58,325 bases of DNA, from positions 1 to 58,325 of IMG/VR virus record IMGVR_UViG_3300006919_000061; one strand, given 5' to 3'. Below, piece after piece: positions 7,229-13,310 of this stretch. The translations under genes and the position numbers were made by a program. The DNA comes from a virus. Its lineage: Duplodnaviria; Caudoviricetes. The notes below the pieces were generated by a model that worked only from the letters and a program-made list of their open reading frames with translations, ran no database searches and was not told where the DNA came from. Numbering within the stretch: position 1 is the stretch's first letter; each line of letters opens with the position of its first letter.

Positions 7229-7318
7229 TCAGAGACTGACGAGCACAGCGATTGCGAGAGGTACAGCGAACAGCAGGATTACTGGCCATACGGAAGCGGA
7301 GTTGTCTTCGTGATACAT
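7229..7318 (-). CDS. 29-aa single-TM micropeptide
   Basis: MYHEDNSASVWPVILLFAVPLAIAVLVSL. Confidence 0.55.
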   Translation of the reverse strand: MYHEDNSASVWPVILLFAVPLAIAVLVSL

Positions 7319-7329
7319 AAGAGAGAGGA

Positions 7330-7491
7330 TTAGGGGTTCATACGCTTGTAGTAGTTCATTCTGACCTTGATTTGGGCAAAGTTGATGAATTTGGAACGAG
7401 CGTTCTTGAAGTCTGTGATACCACAGGGAACAGATGGCCCTTTGTACAGAGACTTGAGAGTTGGTGTGGTTGGGGTTGGAGGGAAAGGCAT
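7330..7491 (-). CDS. Small basic hypothetical protein
   Basis: MPFPPTPTTPTLKSLY..., 53 aa, downstream of the 7506-7532 hairpin. Confidence 0.55.
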   Translation of the reverse strand: MPFPPTPTTPTLKSLYKGPSVPCGITDFKNARSKFINFAQIKVRMNYYKRMNP

Positions 7492-7505
7492 GAGAAAGAG
7501 AGTTT

Positions 7506-7532
7506 GAGGGGCACACGTAGTGTGCACCCCTC
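7506..7532 (-). terminator. Intergenic hairpin
   Basis: Minus strand GAGGGGTGCACAC-TAC-GTGTGCCCCTC just after the stop at 7538. Confidence 0.55.
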
Positions 7533-7537
7533 GGTGA

Positions 7538-7771
7538 TTAGAATACTTGCTTGTAGCCGAGTTTGACGAGGTCAGAGATGACCATGTAAGCGGTGGTTTG
7601 GTGAGCACCAATGAAGAGCTCACATGTTGCTTTGTTGTCATCGTTCATGCAGAAGAGGACATGTTGACCTGCATCCTTGTCGAATGACATGTTGAACTGG
7701 GTAGTCTTGGATGCGTAGTGAACGTGACTTACGGCAGTATTTGCAGTTTTGCGGCAATCAGATACAGACAT
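7538..7771 (-). CDS. Hypothetical protein
   Basis: Start refined to MSVSDCRK; ~77 aa. Confidence 0.7.
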   Translation of the reverse strand: MSVSDCRKTANTAVSHVHYASKTTQFNMSFDKDAGQHVLFCMNDDNKATCELFIGAHQTTAYMVISDLVKLGYKQVF

Positions 7772-7920
7772 TTGTATGGATGTTTGAGAGATGGGGTGAC
7801 AACTTGTCACATAGTGGTGGAATGTATGTCAGTATGACAGACAGGGGAAAGGGGTGGAACATAGCGCACACGGCTTGGCATGCACGTAACTGTCCACGTT
7901 TACCCCTCCATCTGTTAGCC

Positions 7921-7938
7921 CGGATGTTTTAGCTCCCC
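7921..7938 (-). repeat. 18-bp direct repeat containing GGGGAGCT (copy 6)
   Basis: CGGATGTTTTAGCTCCCC, identical to 8200-8217. Confidence 0.85.
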
Positions 7939-7989
7939 ATTAGTGGTAATAGTAGAGCACATACAGTGCCCTACCTTACCTTACTTACC

Positions 7990-8187
7990 TTACCTACGGA
8001 CCTTAACAAGGGTATCCTTGGGATACTTGTCCATGTGTGCTTGCATGTCACACTTGTCTACAAGTTGCATGTCAATATCGGTTACGCCTGTAGTATTACA
8101 GGTGTATACTTCTGTGACTGAGTACAGCGTAGCTGGTACATCACAGCAATCCTCCACGATAACGTGGTCAAGAGTATAACTATCCAT
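7990..8187 (-). CDS. Hypothetical protein, first gene of the leftward block
   Basis: 65 aa, bracketed by the two 18-bp repeats. Confidence 0.6.
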   Translation of the reverse strand: MDSYTLDHVIVEDCCDVPATLYSVTEVYTCNTTGVTDIDMQLVDKCDMQAHMDKYPKDTLVKVRR

Positions 8188-8199
8188 AGATAGTTGGTA

Positions 8200-8217
8200 C
8201 GGATGTTTTAGCTCCCC
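8200..8217 (-). repeat. 18-bp direct repeat containing GGGGAGCT (copy 7)
   Basis: Identical to 7921-7938. Confidence 0.85.
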
Positions 8218-8610
8218 TTCACAGAATCTAGTGGGGGGTACTTGATTGTCTTTTGTTGCGGGGGGCCTTGGCCTAATGTGGTCCCCACTTACGCTTCCCC
8301 AGAAGATTTCCCCATGTACCAGTAAAGGGCGGGGGGTTCATATATGGGAGCTGAGGGGTGGGGGCCTTATATAGGAGGTAGCCTATGGAGTGCGCGAATC
8401 CCGTTAGGATTCTTGGCCACATGTATTGGACGGGGTTCCACCCAGAGGCACTAGACGGCAGACATGCCTAATGTACAGTATGAGCAGGGATTCGTGTTAA
8501 CTCCTCGCGGATGGCTGCGCCATCGCTTTTAGCTTCTTACTGCCGTAGCAGTTAGCAGGTCAGGCTGCGCCTGTCGCTCTTAGCTGCTTAGCAGCGTCGC
8601 TAACACTTTA
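8218..8610. other. Non-coding strand-switch region (possible origin, terminus or control region)
   Basis: Gene orientation flips here; G-runs at 8231-8365; four short-loop hairpins at 8510-8595. Confidence 0.5.
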
Positions 8611-8611
8611 G

Positions 8612-8642
8612 CAAAGCTACACAGAATTCTGACATACGCAAG
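8612..8642 (-). promoter_or_regulatory. Bacteroidota sigma70-type promoter, leftward
   Basis: Minus strand CTTG-N19-TAGCTTTG matches the -33/-7 consensus TTTG-N19-21-TAnnTTTG. Confidence 0.65.
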
Positions 8643-8726
8643 TTTACGGCAAGGAATCTCATAGAAGTGGCCACATTGTCAGGTGTGTCATGTCTGTGTC
8701 AGGTATAAGCATGACAGTATGGCAGT

Positions 8727-8758
8727 GTTGCATGACACGCTGTCATGTTGTATATTGT
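8727..8758 (+). promoter_or_regulatory. Host-type promoter, rightward, probably leaderless
   Basis: GTTG-N20-TATATTGT-N4-ATG(8763); palindrome CATGACA-CGC-TGTCATG in the spacer. Confidence 0.5.
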
Positions 8759-8762
8759 GCTT

Positions 8763-9014
8763 ATGGAAGAGGTATTCGGCGTGTACAACGTAATTCTTGG
8801 TGCAGAGACCATGGCCTTGTTAGGCATGGGGCTTATGCAGTACAGGTGGTGGCGGGAGCGCAAGGACGAGAAGCTGCGTAAGCAACTAGACGACCAAGCG
8901 GCGCTTATAAGCCAGCGTAACATCTGGCGCAATAGAGCCATTAGGGAGAATGAGCAGTGGAAGGCCTACAAACATGACACTACTAAGGACAAGCGCTTTT
9001 CTTCAAAGGCATAA
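8763..9014 (+). CDS. Small membrane protein with coiled-coil tail
   Basis: Hydrophobic ALLGMGLM segment then a charged helix; ATG start at 8763. Confidence 0.65.
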   Translation: MEEVFGVYNVILGAETMALLGMGLMQYRWWRERKDEKLRKQLDDQAALISQRNIWRNRAIRENEQWKAYKHDTTKDKRFSSKA

Positions 9015-9178
9015 CTTGTATATTGTAGGGTTATAGGTTCCTGATTTTTTTGGAGCCCCCAAAGGGGTCAGACGCTTCTTACACTTGTCGACGAAACCTG
9101 CGTACTCACTGGGTCCATAGGAGACTTACGTCGTATAACGGGCTTGCTTTTCGATAGGTTCTTCGCGACATTAGTAGT

Positions 9179-9706
9179 ATGAAGCGCGTTATCTCTCTTC
9201 TCCTTACGCTCTTCTGGTTCAGCCTCGCAATGTCCTTGGCTGGTCAGGAGTGCGCAGATGGTGTGAATGTAATCCGGCATCGCACCAGTGTTTCATTAGC
9301 CAAAGTCAACAGTCACCCCGGTGGCCGTTGGTCTTCGACTAAAGCGCGATTGCCTAAAGGCATGGTAGTTTCTACCCAGCCTCGTGGCACTGTATGGCTC
9401 AACCCCTTTCAGGGGAGTGGGCGCCGGTCTAACTCGCCAGACTTTCCGTTGGAAAGGTGCGCAATCCTCGCCTTTACTGGCGTAGGCATTGGGTACTTGG
9501 CAGAAGACCAAAGTATGGCTTGGAAAGTAGGAGCACCTGCAATAGTTGTGGCTACTGCACTCCCGTTTCCCGGTCAGGCCCGTCAGGGTCAGTTCGCAAG
9601 TAGGCGCAAGATTGGACGAAAGGCCCTTGGGTTTTTCGCCATGACCGTGAGCTACGCCATCGGTATGGGGATAGGCCAGAATCTCCACATGGATTCTCCT
9701 AACTAA
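9179..9706 (+). CDS. Hypothetical membrane protein with signal peptide
   Basis: 175 aa; signal-like N-terminus and several hydrophobic segments; preceded by CTTG-N20-GACATTAG-N4-ATG. Confidence 0.6.
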   Translation: MKRVISLLLTLFWFSLAMSLAGQECADGVNVIRHRTSVSLAKVNSHPGGRWSSTKARLPKGMVVSTQPRGTVWLNPFQGSGRRSNSPDFPLERCAILAFTGVGIGYLAEDQSMAWKVGAPAIVVATALPFPGQARQGQFASRRKIGRKALGFFAMTVSYAIGMGIGQNLHMDSPN

Positions 9707-9746
9707 TACCGACGTTGTAGTAGACTTCGTCTATATGTGAATAAAG

Positions 9747-9790
9747 TCCCCGTTCGGTTTTGCCGTTCGGGGATTTTTTCTTTAGTTTAG
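9747..9790 (+). terminator. Terminator overlapping a host-type promoter
   Basis: TCCCCG...CGGGGA-TTTTTT; TTTG(9759-9762)-N20-TAGTTTAG(9783-9790). Confidence 0.6.
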
Positions 9791-9795
9791 GACCT

Positions 9796-10008
9796 ATGCC
9801 AACTAAGCGTCGGAATAATGGTCTCTTTACGTGGGACGATGCGCAATGCTTCATCGGAATGGATGGAGTCATTGCTACGTCGTATACTAACGACCACATC
9901 ACTATCACGTTTGTGCAAAACGGAGAGGGAACTCTTACGGACTTTGCGTACGAGACCGACGAGACAGACGGCGAAGTTAGAATCAACCTTACGGAAACTG
10001 TAGCATGA
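9796..10008 (+). CDS. Small acidic hypothetical protein
   Basis: MPTKRRNNGLF..., 70 aa; ATGA overlap with the next gene. Confidence 0.7.
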   Translation: MPTKRRNNGLFTWDDAQCFIGMDGVIATSYTNDHITITFVQNGEGTLTDFAYETDETDGEVRINLTETVA

Positions 10009-10226
10009 CCGTTGAAGTTATCCAAGCCCGCGCAGAAGCGGCACAGAAAGAATTGCAAGCTCGCATTACGGAGCTGCAGAATCTTCAGAAGCGTTCTGAA
10101 GACCTCAATGTGACAATCCATAACATTAAAGTACAGATTGCCACTTATAACGACCTACTTACGGACGATATTTCGGAGAAGGAGACCGAAGTTCGTGAGA
10201 CAATGGAGTCGCTCGTGAGCGAGTGA
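10005..10226 (+). CDS. Coiled-coil protein
   Basis: 73 aa with heptad pattern. Confidence 0.75.
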   Translation: MTVEVIQARAEAAQKELQARITELQNLQKRSEDLNVTIHNIKVQIATYNDLLTDDISEKETEVRETMESLVSE

Positions 10227-10271
10227 CAGTGCGTTACACCGGTTCGCGCAGGTGTTTCGTTACTTTAGGGC

Positions 10272-10298
10272 GCCCTCCAGCAACGGCTGGGGGGTTTG
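10272..10298 (+). terminator. Hairpin terminator
   Basis: GCCCTCCAGC-AACG-GCTGGGGGGT followed by TT. Confidence 0.5.
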
Positions 10299-10372
10299 CC
10301 ATTTCTAGGGGTAGGTAACTTTTGCAAGCTGGGCATATTGACTTCGTCGTTTATTTTGCTTAGCTTGTATAC

Positions 10373-10630
10373 ATGTTTAATCTCCTTCTCCCCCTGCTGG
10401 CCCTTGGGCTGGCGCAAGAGCCGTGTAACAGTTTTTGTAACGCGGACATCAATGACGACGGTGTTGTCAACATTGTAGACCTTCAGACGTTTCTTAGGTA
10501 TTTCGACGGTAACGTTGATGAGAACACGGACCTCATCGACATGAACTGCGACGGCTTGGAAACCATTACAGATTACACTATCTTGTTGTCGTTCTACGGA
10601 CAGACACTGCCTAGCAACCTCTGTAAATAA
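10373..10630 (+). CDS. Secreted dockerin-like (duplicated Ca-binding F-hand) protein
   Basis: Signal peptide; DINDDGVVNIVD-LQTFLRYF and DMNCDGLETITD-YTILLSFY repeats. Confidence 0.75.
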   Translation: MFNLLLPLLALGLAQEPCNSFCNADINDDGVVNIVDLQTFLRYFDGNVDENTDLIDMNCDGLETITDYTILLSFYGQTLPSNLCK

Positions 10631-10631
10631 A

Positions 10632-10931
10632 ATGTCTAAGATGCTGCCCACCATTCAGTCATTGTTTCCAATGTCAAAAGGCGCTTACCTTGCCGTGACT
10701 TTTCTTAGTCTTGCTGGTGGCGCTGGATATGTGCAGATGCAGTCTAGCATGGAGCGAATCATTGACCTCCAAGAAAAGACTCGTGAGGATATCCACAGCA
10801 TTGATGTGCGACTCACGGTGGTAGAGCACCGTCTTGATAACACTATTGTTTTCAAGTCAGCCCCTGAAGAGGAGCTGATAGTTGCAGAAACAGACTCCAT
10901 GTACTCTAATCCATACATGGTTAACTTCTAA
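10632..10931 (+). CDS. Single-TM coiled-coil protein (possibly lysis-related)
   Basis: TM segment AYLAVTFLSLAGGAGYV then DIHSIDVRLTVVE; start may be 10671. Confidence 0.65.
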   Translation: MSKMLPTIQSLFPMSKGAYLAVTFLSLAGGAGYVQMQSSMERIIDLQEKTREDIHSIDVRLTVVEHRLDNTIVFKSAPEEELIVAETDSMYSNPYMVNF

Positions 10932-10965
10932 CCCCCAGAGCCTATCTAGCTCTACATTGTAAGTC

Positions 10966-10996
10966 AGGGGCCTCCGAAAGGGGGCCTCTTTCTTTT
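10966..10996 (+). terminator. Intrinsic terminator
   Basis: AGGGGCCTCC-GAAA-GGGGGCCTCT-TTCTTTT. Confidence 0.8.
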
Positions 10997-11003
10997 GCTA
11001 CTA

Positions 11004-11035
11004 TTTGCAGGTATGATATGAGCAGCGTATATTTA
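11004..11035 (+). promoter_or_regulatory. Host-type promoter for the packaging operon
   Basis: TTTG-N20-TATATTTA-N5-ATG(11041). Confidence 0.65.
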
Positions 11036-11040
11036 TACAC

Positions 11041-11328
11041 ATGGAAGCAGAAAAGAAAGGGATATTCTACCGCCTCTATAACTTCAAGTCCGGGTCATAC
11101 CAGACTGTGCGGTTTACAGAGAAGGTAGATGGAGAACACATCCCCGGCACGACCAACGAAGAAGTAGTCGAGATGCTCATTGACCGTTTTGAGCATTTGA
11201 CACAGCGGTCGTGGTCTGTCGAAAACGAACTAGTTCTGTCTCTCCTGCATGTAATCAAGGGCGCACTGCGCCGTAGGTTAGGAAGGAAGATTCAGAACGT
11301 AAAGAAATGGACAAATGGCGAAGGGTAA
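11041..11328 (+). CDS. Acb2/Tad1-like helical hairpin protein (tentative)
   Basis: GTTNEEVVEMLIDRFEHL...SVENELVLSLL...ALRRR resembles the family pattern as recalled; not verified by HMM. Confidence 0.55.
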   Translation: MEAEKKGIFYRLYNFKSGSYQTVRFTEKVDGEHIPGTTNEEVVEMLIDRFEHLTQRSWSVENELVLSLLHVIKGALRRRLGRKIQNVKKWTNGEG

Positions 11329-11656
11329 AGTAAGAGTACCTGTAACGCTAGGCGGCACACGCGATTACCTCTCCCTTCTCAACGGCATACTCAAGTTGAC
11401 AGCCGTTGAGTTAGATGTACTTGCAGCGTTCCTAGACGTGGATGCCTTTATTTGTGCGACTAAGAAAGGCCGCCGCATTGTAGCGGAGAAGCTTGGCATG
11501 AAGAACGTAGCTGTTTTGAATAACTACGTAAAGTCGCTGAAGGACAAAGGTGTTATCTACAAAGACCAATTCGGTAGCTATAAGTATATTGATATTGTCT
11601 CTCCTCGCATGGAGTTAGAGAGTATTGAGTTTACTATTAGCGACTTACCCGAATGA
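11315..11656 (+). CDS. Winged-HTH DNA-binding protein
   Basis: RRIVAEKLGMKNVAVLNNYVKSLKDKGVI HTH/wing pattern; typical position upstream of the crAss-like packaging genes. Confidence 0.7.
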   Translation: MAKGKVRVPVTLGGTRDYLSLLNGILKLTAVELDVLAAFLDVDAFICATKKGRRIVAEKLGMKNVAVLNNYVKSLKDKGVIYKDQFGSYKYIDIVSPRMELESIEFTISDLPE

Positions 11657-11862
11657 ACCGCTCATCACTTCAAGTAGTCTTCCGATTTCCGGATGAGTTT
11701 GACCTTGTGTTCCCATACCTGACTAAGCAGAAAGAGGTCTTGAAAAAGCAGGGACAGCCAATGCTGCCCTACAAGATTATGCAAGGAGAGCACGAAACTG
11801 TAGTTGAATTTCAGATGAACGAAGATGATTGGAATAACCCACTCGGGTTGAACGACCTCTGA
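11653..11862 (+). CDS. Hypothetical protein
   Basis: 69 aa; ATGA-coupled. Confidence 0.65.
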   Translation: MNRSSLQVVFRFPDEFDLVFPYLTKQKEVLKKQGQPMLPYKIMQGEHETVVEFQMNEDDWNNPLGLNDL

Positions 11863-11864
11863 TA

Positions 11865-12101
11865 ATGGCCGCTAACAAGTTAAAGGAGAAGCTTTACAAA
11901 GAGCTTGCAGAAGAATACGGAACTACGGTAGAGGAAATACGCTCTATTGTAGAATCCCAGTTTGAATTCTTGCGCAAGACTGTAGAGCATGGCGCCTTTG
12001 ACTCTGTGCGCATCCCATTCTTTGGCCGGTTTTACGTTAACCCTTACCGCTTGCACAAGCTAAACCTTGAGCGAGTACAGAAGAATAAGAAGAAGAAATG
12101 A
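11865..12101 (+). CDS. HU/IHF-like DNA-binding protein
   Basis: YKELAEEYGTTVEEIRSIVESQF...SVRIPFFGRFYV, HU/IHF signature. Confidence 0.8.
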   Translation: MAANKLKEKLYKELAEEYGTTVEEIRSIVESQFEFLRKTVEHGAFDSVRIPFFGRFYVNPYRLHKLNLERVQKNKKKK

Positions 12102-12670
12102 AGCTGTTTACGATGGAGGGGTTCAAGGTTGAGGTATCTCCGGAGCTGCGCAAGCTTGCTGCGTTCCGAGACCTCATTGCTGAAGACAAGAACCGGGACA
12201 AGAAGAACGCGTCCGACTGGTTTGCATACATCTACCACTTCTGTGATTACAAGTCCCCGTACCAGATGTACGAAGAGAAGGAGCGGCACATCCGCATCCT
12301 TAAGGACTTGAGGATAGAGCCAGACTTCAAGCTGACTACCCGCATGAAGGCTGCTATTGCTAAGTACCGGGAGCTGCAGGACACCCCTGCTACTCGGTCG
12401 TTGCGTACTACCCGCGAGGCGCTGCAATCTGCAGAACGTGGCGTTAAGGCCATGACCCGCAAGATTGACGAGTTGCTGGCTGGTGATGACGAGGACGAAA
12501 GCGATGGTACCCTTGAGGCAATCAAGCTGATTGAAAAGCTCATGGGTATCGCTGAGAAACTGCCTGCCGTTGTAAAGACTGTGGGTGACTTGGAGGAGCA
12601 GGTTAAGAAAGAGCAAGCTGCCGAAACTAAGCTACGCGGCGGTGGAAGCAAAGGATTATTTGAAGACTAA
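12098..12670 (+). CDS. Conserved crAss-like helical protein upstream of TerL (terminase small subunit candidate)
   Basis: 190 aa; YIYHFCDYKSPY motif and C-terminal RGGGSKGLFED; synteny. Confidence 0.6.
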   Translation: MKLFTMEGFKVEVSPELRKLAAFRDLIAEDKNRDKKNASDWFAYIYHFCDYKSPYQMYEEKERHIRILKDLRIEPDFKLTTRMKAAIAKYRELQDTPATRSLRTTREALQSAERGVKAMTRKIDELLAGDDEDESDGTLEAIKLIEKLMGIAEKLPAVVKTVGDLEEQVKKEQAAETKLRGGGSKGLFED

Positions 12671-12891
12671 TGGCTAAGTTTAAGTGTACTATTTGCCCCG
12701 GCAAAAAGGAATATAACGACGTGCTTACTATGCGTTTCCGCGATGGCGAGATTCAGCAGTTTGACGCCAACGACAACCGCATTGACATCTGTGAATGTGG
12801 CGCTAAGATGGACGAGGTTAAGACCAAGTCTGGACTAGGAGGTTTTGTCAAGGGCCCTAATGGTGGCACCGGCAACTTTAGAAGGTCATGA
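12670..12891 (+). CDS. Zn-ribbon protein
   Basis: FKCTIC...ICECGAKM Cys pairs. Confidence 0.65.
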   Translation: MAKFKCTICPGKKEYNDVLTMRFRDGEIQQFDANDNRIDICECGAKMDEVKTKSGLGGFVKGPNGGTGNFRRS

Positions 12892-13310
12892 GAGCAATTA
12901 ATGAAATCATACTGCACTGCTCCGCTACGCCGGAAGGCAGGCACCACGATGTCGCGGATATTCGTCGTTGGCACGTGGATGGTCGCGGATGGTCGGATGT
13001 TGGATATCACTATTGTATCCTACTGGACGGCACAGTTCAAGGCGGCCGTCCGGTTAGTCGCCAAGGAGCTCACGTTAAGGGCCGCAACAAAGGGACTATC
13101 GGCGTCTGCTACATTGGCGGGTGCGATAAGAACATGGAGCCCAAGGACACAATGAACCACGGACAAGAGAAGGCATTCTTGAATCTAGTGGAGACCTTGC
13201 GTAACGTGTATGGGGAGCTGACAGTCTCGGGTCACAATCAGTATTCACCCCACAAAGCATGTCCCTCATTCAAGGTGGCAGATAAGTGGCCCTGTATTAA
13301 TGATTACTAA
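12888..13310 (+). CDS. N-acetylmuramoyl-L-alanine amidase (T7 lysozyme-like endolysin)
   Basis: IILHCSAT, GWSDVGYHY, GAHVKG, IGVCYIGG and GH...KACPSF Zn-amidase motifs. Confidence 0.93.
   Translation: MRAINEIILHCSATPEGRHHDVADIRRWHVDGRGWSDVGYHYCILLDGTVQGGRPVSRQGAHVKGRNKGTIGVCYIGGCDKNMEPKDTMNHGQEKAFLNLVETLRNVYGELTVSGHNQYSPHKACPSFKVADKWPCINDY

Noticed and set aside
304-8179. Plus-strand ORFs in the left block
   Set aside because: Antisense to a coherent, coupled minus-strand gene string with matching hairpins
3367-8217. GGGGAG as a Shine-Dalgarno sequence
   Set aside because: Spacing to start codons is about 20-160 nt and variable, one copy precedes a non-coding region, and the likely host group does not generally use SD
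3367-8217. CRISPR array or integron attC array formed by the repeats
   Set aside because: Repeats are only 8-18 bp, irregularly spaced with whole genes between them; no cas or integrase gene and no attC R-box structure
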